From: a virus
Reading direction: 5' to 3' (one strand)
Length of the DNA: 38,281 bases
UHGV virus genome: UHGV-0173928
The notes under the pieces are model-generated. The model did no database searches, was not told where the DNA came from, and saw only the letters and a program-made list of their open reading frames with translations. Shown here in pieces: positions 1 to 7,660 of the stretch (the stretch's first letter is position 1; every line of letters starts with the position of its first letter). The position numbers and the translations under genes were made by a program.

Positions 1-40
1 GGAGCACCTCAAAAACACCATCATACACTAAATCAGTAAG

Positions 41-475
41 TTGGCAGCATCACCGGTTCTTGCCGGGCGCACCGATGAAGAGAAACAGGCCGACGCTGAT
101 CGGATAAACCTGGCCCTTGGCAACATCACGGAGGAAGAGATTGCCGCCAGAAACGAGAAACAAGAAGAGTTATCATCAATACAGGGTGATGCCACCAGCA
201 TAGCTCAGTCTCTTGGTCTGAATTATCGCGTATCCACCGCCGACCTGAAGATGATGTACGCACCAAAATTCGCCGCTGGCGAGGTATTTGGGCTTCAGGA
301 AGCCTCAGGCATGAAAGGCGTTCTTTTCCGTGCGAAAGACGCAATCAAGGCGAAATTCGGCGCTCGCTGGCTGCCAGCGAAGGCGAAGAACAGCGATTTC
401 CCGGGTAACTGGTGGATTATCGAGACAAAACACAACGTGGCGGACGTTCTGGCCGTCATCCAACAATACGCATAA
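41..475 (+). CDS. hypothetical protein (TTG start in ORF track; true start uncertain)
   Basis: Six-frame ORF of 144 codons; in-frame stop at 29-31 shows it is not a truncated upstream gene; no motif recognised; GC resembles the backbone. Confidence 0.3.
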   Translation: MAASPVLAGRTDEEKQADADRINLALGNITEEEIAARNEKQEELSSIQGDATSIAQSLGLNYRVSTADLKMMYAPKFAAGEVFGLQEASGMKGVLFRAKDAIKAKFGARWLPAKAKNSDFPGNWWIIETKHNVADVLAVIQQYA

Positions 476-508
476 CAGGAGCGCCCGGTTCGCCGGGCGT
501 CGCATAAT

Positions 509-949
509 ATGGCCACACTATCTGATACAATAAAACCGAATAAAACATATCTTGAGGCGGTACTCCGTACAGCGTTGTTAGGAAAGACAGAAGACGAATA
601 CGTTGATTTCTTCCTGTCAGGGCTACGCGGGCGATTACTGAAAAATCCCCGCCTGTACCGCAGCTATGGTCCATACTGGCCGGAAATTAAAAAATTATTA
701 CTGGAGCGCGGTTATGGTAATTTCGGTCGTCTCGTTGACCGTGACGTTCGCAAAATTTACCGTTATGACCGCCCGGCGCTAACACTCATAGCCGCGACGC
801 TCTACAGCCAGGAGCGTTTTGATAATGGTCAGATATACTCAGCCTGGCATTTACTGCCAGTGCCTGAAGAGGTTGACGACCAGGACTATGAGTTTGAGTC
901 TTACGATTTGGAAGTTGAAGCCTTAGCACAGGCTGGAGAGAAAACTTGA
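509..949 (+). CDS. hypothetical protein (occupies the position of P1 ulx, upstream of lxc)
   Basis: 146-aa ORF with ATG start; its stop overlaps the start of the next ORF (coupled); assignment by position only. Confidence 0.45.
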   Translation: MATLSDTIKPNKTYLEAVLRTALLGKTEDEYVDFFLSGLRGRLLKNPRLYRSYGPYWPEIKKLLLERGYGNFGRLVDRDVRKIYRYDRPALTLIAATLYSQERFDNGQIYSAWHLLPVPEEVDDQDYEFESYDLEVEALAQAGEKT

Positions 950-1194
950 AAAAGCGATACTACACAGTAAAGCATGGGACGCTACGAGCATTACAAGAGT
1001 TTGCTGACAAGCATAACGTTGAGGTGCGCAGGGAAGGGGGAAGTAAAGCTCTGCGCATGTACCGTCCGGACGGAAAATGGCGGACGGTCGTCGATTTCAA
1101 AACTAACAGCGTTCCCCAGGGCGTCCGCGATCGGGCATTCGAGGAATGGGAGCAGATCATCATAGATAACGCATTGCTCCTGAATGCTGATTAA
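946..1194 (+). CDS. small basic protein (position of P1 lxc/bof C1 co-repressor; identity not confirmed)
   Basis: 82-codon ORF with TTG start overlapping the previous stop; basic composition; no catalytic motif recognised. Confidence 0.35.
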   Translation: MKKRYYTVKHGTLRALQEFADKHNVEVRREGGSKALRMYRPDGKWRTVVDFKTNSVPQGVRDRAFEEWEQIIIDNALLLNAD

Positions 1195-1198
1195 GAAC

Positions 1199-1226
1199 TC
1201 TCCGGCCTAGGGAGATTAGGCCGGAG
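1199..1226. terminator. hairpin between convergent genes, candidate bidirectional terminator
   Basis: ctccggcctaggg agatt aggccggag inverted repeat followed by an A/T-rich tract, lying between the + strand ORF ending at 1194 and the - strand ORF ending at 1236. Confidence 0.45.
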
Positions 1227-1235
1227 ATAAATATA

Positions 1236-2540
1236 CTATATAAACTTAGATATAATATCGTGAATCTGTTGTAGCGGGATTTCTTCCATCTTACTCTTAA
1301 TAAGAGAGCGGTTAGATGCTGTCAGTGAAGGCCATTTTGTTTTCCAGGCTAGATATGCTCGCCATGAGTAGCCTGTTTCGTAAGGTTTATTCATATAAGT
1401 CATTGAGTGTTCAACCGCATGTATGTATTTTTTCTCAAAGTTGGTTCCTTTTACTTCAAATAAACTACCGAAATAAATAAGCCATTTTGCCAGGTGTTCA
1501 TACTGCTCCCATGCGCCAGACTCTTTAGTAAGATCTATTTTTTTATCTATTATATCACAAAAAACATTTAATACCTTTTCATCATTCCAGCTATATCCAG
1601 ATGATGAAATGGAGGAAATGATATGATAAAAAGAATCCTCTAACTTCAAGAACTCTATTTTATACTCTCTTCCGTTTTTTATTACCGATTTGATTGAGTG
1701 CCTCAATTTGTCTTTTATTTTTTTTGCTTCTGGAATTTTCTTGTTAAGTTTTCTAAAGAAATCAGACACCTCTGTTTTATCTATAACCCTAATCCCAAAG
1801 CAGGAAAAATAGTAATCTTTAATAGGTTGCAATAGTTTCCCTCGGGAAATAAGGAAAATATTGGAGGACATTACGTTGTCCCGTGAAAATACCTTATATT
1901 CATTTATAATCGCCTTGAGGTTCGCGTCACTTAGAGAATAGCCAAGAATAACAATAGTGTTTTCATGTAGAACTGTGCTTAGTTTATTTGAAAAGTAAGA
2001 ATTACCATTTATAAATCTGAAATAATCCTCGCTAGTAACAACCATATCTGATGGGGAGTCTATAGAGCCGTGAACATGGTAGACTTTAACCTCACAATTA
2101 TATTTTGGAATTGGCAGGCCGGGGGTGATTGTACACGTTCGATTCTCTCCAGCCAGTTTTTCTGCTAACTTGTCATAATTTGTCGTAATTACTTTAAATG
2201 TGTTTTCTTTGAAAAAGTCTTGAATATATTCAATTGATGGATCAAGTTCGATTGAGGCTATGATTTTCTCAATCTCCTGGTAAATATTTTTCCCCGAAAG
2301 TATAAATTTTAGTGCAATAACCTGAGCAGCCTCTTCAAGGCTAAGGTCTTTTGCTTTTCCATCAGGAAATAATTCCTCTTTGAGTGAGTCACCATCCTTC
2401 AATAAACCGCACAGTTGCTCCAATAAAGATTGCCAACTTGGGGCTTTATCATCAGAAACAGCCTTTGAAAATCCAGTGCCTGTAAGAAAGCACAGCCTAT
2501 GTGTAGCTGCTGCATAGGCAATTTCTATATACTCGCTCAT
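1236..2540 (-). CDS. SIR2-family (SIR2_2/DUF4020-type) putative NAD+-consuming defense protein with unassigned C-terminal domain
   Basis: N-terminal region carries the Rossmann G-x-G motif (CFLTGTGFS), TTNYD and VYHVHGS motifs and a GYSLSD motif, the hallmark set of defense-type SIR2 domains such as ThsA/DSR; gene is visibly AT-rich relative to its flanks. Confidence 0.8.
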   Translation of the reverse strand: MSEYIEIAYAAATHRLCFLTGTGFSKAVSDDKAPSWQSLLEQLCGLLKDGDSLKEELFPDGKAKDLSLEEAAQVIALKFILSGKNIYQEIEKIIASIELDPSIEYIQDFFKENTFKVITTNYDKLAEKLAGENRTCTITPGLPIPKYNCEVKVYHVHGSIDSPSDMVVTSEDYFRFINGNSYFSNKLSTVLHENTIVILGYSLSDANLKAIINEYKVFSRDNVMSSNIFLISRGKLLQPIKDYYFSCFGIRVIDKTEVSDFFRKLNKKIPEAKKIKDKLRHSIKSVIKNGREYKIEFLKLEDSFYHIISSISSSGYSWNDEKVLNVFCDIIDKKIDLTKESGAWEQYEHLAKWLIYFGSLFEVKGTNFEKKYIHAVEHSMTYMNKPYETGYSWRAYLAWKTKWPSLTASNRSLIKSKMEEIPLQQIHDIISKFI

Positions 2541-2596
2541 TACTTACTCCATTTACTTATAGTTCTACGGAGAAGTATACCCTAATGCATTGACGT

Positions 2597-3238
2597 TTAT
2601 AGATAATTTCCTTTTCCTGTTAATACTCCCTTAGGCACCTGTTTTTGTGCCAGCGTTTGGGTTCCGCGAATTATGTTAATCAGAGGGCTTAGTAACGATG
2701 GTTCCTGGCGTGCCTCAACTTCTCCAGCCATTGCCCTGATGTAGTCTGCGCTGGCAACGTTGTTGTATTCCGTCGCAAAGCAACATAGTAACGTCAGAAC
2801 ATGCTCTGTCGTTATTTCGCTCCAGTTGATGTTGAAAAATTCATCGCCTTTTTTGTCGTGTTCGGAATCGAAGATGCTTTGGTGGAGGATGTATTTGCCG
2901 GATTCCTTGCGCGGTAACTTGATTGCTTTCTGGCGTTCCAGCTCCTTATAAATCTGCATTGCCTCAATTAGTACCGGCCTGCCGTTCATGAAGGGATCGC
3001 GCAACCTTACACGCTGGCCAACTCGACCAGTAATAAAGCTGTTTTCCTCTTCCACCAGCACGATAAAACCCTTTTCCTCTTTTTCTCGCAATTCGCGCAG
3101 CAGCTGGAGTTCCATATCGCGACGGCGTTCAGGGTAGCTGGTCCGCTCAGCCATTATTAGCTCATTGTTGATCCATGCAGCAGTCATTGACGCCGGTTTG
3201 CCGACGCTCATCGAAACAACGCATATTTTCTTATCCAT
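2597..3238 (-). CDS. hypothetical protein at the position of P1 mat (particle maturation); ORF extends to a GTG at 3385
   Basis: ORF 2597-3385; internal ATG (MDKKICVV...) at 3236-3238 is the more plausible start; identity by synteny only. Confidence 0.4.
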   Translation of the reverse strand: MDKKICVVSMSVGKPASMTAAWINNELIMAERTSYPERRRDMELQLLRELREKEEKGFIVLVEEENSFITGRVGQRVRLRDPFMNGRPVLIEAMQIYKELERQKAIKLPRKESGKYILHQSIFDSEHDKKGDEFFNINWSEITTEHVLTLLCCFATEYNNVASADYIRAMAGEVEARQEPSLLSPLINIIRGTQTLAQKQVPKGVLTGKGNYL

Positions 3239-3427
3239 AGCGCCCCCTACAAAAAAGAAAAGCCACCAGCGGCGGCTTAGCAATACAACTGAAGGTAGCG
3301 CCCGGTACTCAGACTGTGCCGTCCATGGAATATTTGAAAAGGGATCCATCCGTACCGGGCATGTGATGATTCTGACTGAAGTCACTTGTCAGTTGTCAAT
3401 TATTTCAGATTAAAAATAATATATTTA

Positions 3428-3988
3428 TTAGTGCATGATGTTTGCCATCTCATAGGCGTCAGCCAGCAACTCCATCTCTGACTTGTTCAGCAAGGTGAAT
3501 TCTTTCTTGCCTCCAACCACACCATCGGCATGAACAGGGACCAGCCAGGGGTATTTTTCTCTTACTTCAGCCGGTGCTGCATGCTGGTGGTGCCATCTAC
3601 AAAGGGGCAATTGCTTTTTGTGACAACCCGGCGCGGTACGACCGGAGATATGGTGCAGAGATACCTCTTCAGATATTACTCCATGCATGTAGCAGGCAAT
3701 GCAGGGGAGAGCGCCAAGAGCATTGGCGATGCTCCGTTCCTCCGCTGTCGATGTTCGCCCCTTCAAGCCACGAGATTTTATCTTTACCGCACTTTTCCGC
3801 GTTTTGCTGGCTGGTGGGCGCTCTTTCTGTTTAGCGATACGGCGGACGATAGAATCCCGCATTTTCTGATATTGCGATTCTCGCCAGGCGGGGTCAGCCA
3901 ACTTTTCCCGTTGCCGAGCGATCGCTCGTTCTCTGGCTGCCTTCTGCCACTCGCGGCGCTGTTCAAGTTTTTGTTCGATTGTTTTCAT
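3428..3988 (-). CDS. ref: Ref, HNH-type recombination enhancement function
   Basis: 186 aa matching my recollection of P1 Ref in length and sequence, with Cys/His-rich HNH-like core (CIACY...CHKK...CRWHH) and basic N-terminus; located beside cre as in P1. Confidence 0.85.
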   Translation of the reverse strand: MKTIEQKLEQRREWQKAARERAIARQREKLADPAWRESQYQKMRDSIVRRIAKQKERPPASKTRKSAVKIKSRGLKGRTSTAEERSIANALGALPCIACYMHGVISEEVSLHHISGRTAPGCHKKQLPLCRWHHQHAAPAEVREKYPWLVPVHADGVVGGKKEFTLLNKSEMELLADAYEMANIMH

Positions 3989-3993
3989 ATGGC

Positions 3994-4021
3994 AAAAAAA
4001 AAAGGCGGCCTAATGGCCGCC
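3994..4021 (-). terminator. intrinsic-terminator-like hairpin plus U-tract immediately upstream of the ref start codon
   Basis: On the minus strand ggcggcc-atta-ggccgcc is followed by ten U; the U-tract ends 6 nt before the ref ATG. Confidence 0.45.
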
Positions 4022-4088
4022 AATGATGTCAAGGAGTTAAGTAATGGCAACGTCTTCGTAGTTGACAAAAACTGCGGCTTAATTATAG

Positions 4089-4105
4089 CAATCAATTAGA
4101 GCAAT
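4089..4105. promoter_or_regulatory. C1-operator-like 17-mer upstream of ref
   Basis: caatcaattagagcaat matches the reverse complement of the P1 C1 operator consensus ATTGCTCTAATAAATTT at 14/17 positions. Confidence 0.5.
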
Positions 4106-4236
4106 GGTAGATATTTTGTTAATCGCGAATCACATTTTTTCACTTCAGTACCTGTGTGCTATACTCCTTCTTGATTGATTGGATGCGGAATACAAACCCG
4201 CTCTTTTGTGCAGCCTGGCTCCTTGCCAGGCTTTTT

Positions 4237-4548
4237 TTATTTCATCATGGAAGCTGTTAACGCTTTGGATCTTGCTGAACTGATTGAAAGGGCATTGTTT
4301 ACCTTACCCAGGAGTTCGCCAAATTCCACCATCACTCTAGTAAGCCCGCGCCGCGCTTCCTCCTCCGTTGCATTCATCACAAAATGTTCAGCACTCCGCA
4401 TGCTTTTAACGGGGAACGCAACAGATATCGAGTCGATATCAGGCATCCTATCGCTCAACTTTACGGTGACAATGACAGATGGTGACTGAATTTGAGAGCT
4501 TACAGACAGCACCACATATTTTCCGTCTATTTTGAAATCCTTCCGCAT
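4237..4548 (-). CDS. hypothetical protein (position of P1 cra, cre-associated)
   Basis: 103-aa ORF between cre and ref; a C1-operator-like site (4565-4581) lies just upstream; identity by position only. Confidence 0.4.
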   Translation of the reverse strand: MRKDFKIDGKYVVLSVSSQIQSPSVIVTVKLSDRMPDIDSISVAFPVKSMRSAEHFVMNATEEEARRGLTRVMVEFGELLGKVNNALSISSARSKALTASMMK

Positions 4549-4598
4549 GCGTCACCATAAATATCAAATAATTAGAGCAATCAAGCGCAAATGAACGG

Positions 4599-5630
4599 CT
4601 AATCGCCATCTTCCAGCAGGCGCACCATTGCCCCCGTTTCACTATCCAGGTTACGGATATAGTTCATGACAATATTTACGTTGGTCCAGCCACCAGCTTG
4701 CATGATCTCCGGTATTGAAACTCCGGCGCGGGCCATATCTCGCGCGGCTCCGACACGGGCACTGTGTCCAGACCAGGCCAGGTATCTCTGACCAGAGTCA
4801 TCCTTAGCGCCGTAAATCAATCGATGAGTTGCTTCAAAAATCCCTTCCAGGGCGCGAGTTGATAGCTGGCTGGTGGCAGATGGCGCGGCAACACCATTTT
4901 TTCTGACACGGCAAAACAAGTAGTTATTCGGATCATCAGCCACACCAGAGACAGAAATCCATCGCTCAACCAGTTTAGTTACCCCCAGGCTAAGTGCCTT
5001 CTCTACACCAGCGGTGCTAACCAGCGTTTTCGTTCTGCCAATATGGATTAACATTCTCCCACCGTCAGTACGTGAGATATCTTTAACCCTGATCCTGGCA
5101 ATTTCTGCTATACGTAGCAGGGTATTATAAGCAATCCCAAGAAATGCCAGATTACGTATATCCTGGCAGCGATCGCTATTTTCCATGAGTGAACGAACCT
5201 GGTCGAAATCAGTGCGTTCGAACGCCAGTGCCTGTTTTGCACGTTCACCGGCATCAACGTTTTCTTTTCGGATCCGTCGCATGACCAGTGAAACAGCATT
5301 ACTGTCACTTGGTCGTGGCAGCCCGGACCGACGATGAAGCATGTTTAGCTGGCCCAAATGTTGCTGGATAGTTTTTACTGCCAGACCGCGCGCCTGAAGA
5401 TATAGAAGATAATCGCGAACATCTTCAGGTTCTGCGGGAAACCATTTCCGGTTATTCAACTTGCACCATGCCGCCCACGATCGGCAAACGGACAGAAGCA
5501 TTTTCCAGGTATGCTCAGAAAACGCCTGGCGATCCCTGAACATGTCCATCAGGTTCTTGCGAACCTCATCACTCGTTGCATCGACCGGTAATGCAGGCAA
5601 ATTTTGGTGTACGGTCAGTAAATTGGACAT
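4599..5630 (-). CDS. cre: Cre site-specific tyrosine recombinase
   Basis: 343-aa protein recognisable as P1 Cre (MSNLLTVHQNLPALPVDATSDEVRKNLMDMFRDRQAFSEHTWKMLLSVCRSWAAWCKLNNRKWFPAEPEDVRDYL...), with loxP about 420 bp upstream. Confidence 0.98.
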   Translation of the reverse strand: MSNLLTVHQNLPALPVDATSDEVRKNLMDMFRDRQAFSEHTWKMLLSVCRSWAAWCKLNNRKWFPAEPEDVRDYLLYLQARGLAVKTIQQHLGQLNMLHRRSGLPRPSDSNAVSLVMRRIRKENVDAGERAKQALAFERTDFDQVRSLMENSDRCQDIRNLAFLGIAYNTLLRIAEIARIRVKDISRTDGGRMLIHIGRTKTLVSTAGVEKALSLGVTKLVERWISVSGVADDPNNYLFCRVRKNGVAAPSATSQLSTRALEGIFEATHRLIYGAKDDSGQRYLAWSGHSARVGAARDMARAGVSIPEIMQAGGWTNVNIVMNYIRNLDSETGAMVRLLEDGD

Positions 5631-5637
5631 TTAACAC

Positions 5638-5859
5638 TCAGATAATGGTTTTAAGTAAAGTGTACAGGATCGGCTCTGCCTTTACCTGTTTATGGTTCTC
5701 GTCATAGAAACGCCAGCGACCGCGCGTGCGTTCTATTTTCTCTTCACCGCGCGATAATGACAGTTGACAACTATCACGATCAAACCCTTTTGCCCGCCAG
5801 TAACCACGGTTTTTCTCAAGCTCAAGATGAGTGGACACTTTAGCAGCTGAATATCCCAT
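5638..5859 (-). CDS. small basic ORF between loxP and cre (possibly coding)
   Basis: 73 codons, ATG preceded by GAGGTG Shine-Dalgarno at appropriate spacing; stop lies 8 nt before the cre ATG. Confidence 0.3.
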   Translation of the reverse strand: MGYSAAKVSTHLELEKNRGYWRAKGFDRDSCQLSLSRGEEKIERTRGRWRFYDENHKQVKAEPILYTLLKTII

Positions 5860-5956
5860 TTTTCACCTCTGATTGATTAGGTGGTGCTAAGTGCGCTACG
5901 CGAAATCTGGAGCACTAACACTGCCAACATTTCGCAGATTTTACGTAGCGCAACCT

Positions 5957-5978
5957 TGATCAAATGATCAAGTGATCA
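5957..5978. promoter_or_regulatory. cluster of three GATC (Dam) sites in the cre upstream region
   Basis: tgatcaaatgatcaagtgatca: three GATC within 20 bp, consistent with methylation-sensitive cre promoter control described for P1. Confidence 0.5.
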
Positions 5979-6049
5979 CTATTTGACCTGATAAGGCATT
6001 GAACTGTATGGATTTACAGGTAAATTGATCATGTTCAATAACCCTTAAG

Positions 6050-6083
6050 ATAACTTCGTATAATGTATGCTATACGAAGTTAT
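6050..6083 (+). other. loxP recombination site
   Basis: Exact ATAACTTCGTATA-ATGTATGC-TATACGAAGTTAT: two 13-bp inverted repeats around the canonical 8-bp spacer. Confidence 0.97.
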
Positions 6084-6126
6084 TAGGTCTGAAGAGGAGT
6101 TTACGTCCAGCTGCGCATAAAAATCA

Positions 6127-6226
6127 AGAATTATTAGAGCAATAAATTTTGAGAGAAAAATCCCACTCCACCAGCCAAAAACTGGATTGTTTTTCATAGT
6201 TGTTTGACAATTGCTCTAATAAATTA
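6127..6226 (+). promoter_or_regulatory. C1 operator pair with promoter elements for the coi-c1 operon
   Basis: Operator-like 17-mers at 6127-6143 (reverse orientation, 15/17) and 6210-6226 (ATTGCTCTAATAAATTA, 16/17), the latter abutting a TTGACA hexamer at 6204-6209. Confidence 0.6.
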
Positions 6227-6464
6227 TAGTTTTGCCGCCGTTTCGTAATACGACTTTGGATTCACTATTTAATGTGTCTTCAGCGTTGTAGAGCGGCTCA
6301 GAAGGAAATGAGCAAACAGGGAAACCTTATACAACGGCATTACAGCTATGCATTGCTCATCTTACACACAGCGCAATGTTGTTAGATTACCCCAGCATGG
6401 ATCATGGGTGAAACAGTAGGTCAGAGCTTCAGGCTCTGTGTTGTCAATACAGTGAGGCATAATT

Positions 6465-6674
6465 ATGGCTTTCATTCCACCAACCATCGACGACGTTAGA
6501 CATTGCTCTAACGCTTTATCTGTAGACCCCGCCGAAACCGACGCTGCCCGCGCCATTGCTGAACACTACTCAAAGATATCCAATCAGGAGTACCGCATCA
6601 CCCAAGACGACCTGGATGATCTCACTGACACAATCGAATATCTCATGGCCACTAACCAGCCAGACTCACAATAA
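6465..6674 (+). CDS. coi: Coi, C1 inactivator
   Basis: 69-aa ORF immediately upstream of c1 and downstream of the operator cluster, matching P1 Coi in size and position. Confidence 0.8.
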   Translation: MAFIPPTIDDVRHCSNALSVDPAETDAARAIAEHYSKISNQEYRITQDDLDDLTDTIEYLMATNQPDSQ

Positions 6675-6784
6675 ATGCACTAATAAATCTATTATTTTCG
6701 TTGGATCCTTCTATAATGGTGGCCAACAACTCCCAGTGTAATCCGCTGTGAGTTGTTGGCCATGTCAATTCTGGAGGAGGATCA

Positions 6785-7636
6785 ATGATAAATTATGTCT
6801 ACGGCGAACAACTGTACCAGGAGTTCGTCAGCTTCAGGGATCTCTTTCTAAAAAAAGCTGTTGCACGCGCCCAACACGTTGATGCCGCCAGCGACGGTCG
6901 TCCTGTTCGCCCGGTTGTCGTTCTGCCGTTCAAAGAAACGGACAGCATTCAGGCTGAAATTGATAAATGGACTTTAATGGCGCGGGAACTGGAACAGTAC
7001 CCAGACCTCAATATCCCAAAGACTATTTTATATCCAGTGCCTAACATCCTTCGCGGTGTGCGTAAGGTTACAACTTATCAGACAGAAGCTGTGAACAGCG
7101 TCAACATGACCGCTGGCCGCATTATTCATCTGATTGATAAGGACATTCGCATCCAGAAAAGCGCGGGGATCAATGAGCACAGTGCGAAATACATAGAGAA
7201 CCTGGAAGCAACAAAAGAGCTAATGAAGCAGTACCCGGAGGATGAAAAATTCCGTATGCGTGTACACGGCTTTAGCGAAACAATGCTGCGCGTCCACTAC
7301 ATTTCCAGTAGCCCTAACTACAATGATGGTAAATCAGTTAGTTACCATGTGCCGCTGTGTGGTGTGTTTATCTGCGATGAAACTCTCCGTGATGGAATCA
7401 TCATCAACGGTGAATTCGAGAAAGCAAAATTTAGCCTTTATGACTCTATAGAACCGATCATCTGCGACCGCTGGCCGCAGGCAAAAATATATCGCCTGGC
7501 AGATATTGAAAATGTAAAAAAACAAATTGCCATCACTCGCGAAGAGAAAAAGGTCAAATCAGCCGCATCAGTTACGCGCAGCCGTAAAACTAAGAAGGGG
7601 CAGCCAGTAAACGACAACCCCGAAAGCGCGCAATAG
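6785..7636 (+). CDS. c1: C1 master repressor of lysogeny
   Basis: 283 aa with N-terminus MINYVYGEQLYQEFVSFRDLFLKKAVARAQ..., recognised as P1 C1; operator sites are spread through the window. Confidence 0.93.
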   Translation: MINYVYGEQLYQEFVSFRDLFLKKAVARAQHVDAASDGRPVRPVVVLPFKETDSIQAEIDKWTLMARELEQYPDLNIPKTILYPVPNILRGVRKVTTYQTEAVNSVNMTAGRIIHLIDKDIRIQKSAGINEHSAKYIENLEATKELMKQYPEDEKFRMRVHGFSETMLRVHYISSSPNYNDGKSVSYHVPLCGVFICDETLRDGIIINGEFEKAKFSLYDSIEPIICDRWPQAKIYRLADIENVKKQIAITREEKKVKSAASVTRSRKTKKGQPVNDNPESAQ

Positions 7637-7660
7637 TTTCTATCCGGCATGGTCAATGAG

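Noticed and set aside
946-1194. HicA-type toxin call for the 82-aa protein
   Set aside because: Only a loose pattern resemblance; the conserved catalytic His following the G-S motif is absent and no HicB-like partner is adjacent.
1-2600. A TIR-domain (ThsB-like) or HerA partner for the SIR2 gene
   Set aside because: Neither flanking gene has recognisable TIR or HerA/ATPase motifs, so a canonical Thoeris or SIR2-HerA operon is not supported.
3530-4099. 189-codon + strand ORF (plus other antisense ORFs across ref, pacB, cre)
   Set aside because: Lies entirely antisense to the well-supported ref gene with no RBS or motif; treated as a shadow ORF, like the antisense ORFs at 7784-8365 and 5108-5308.
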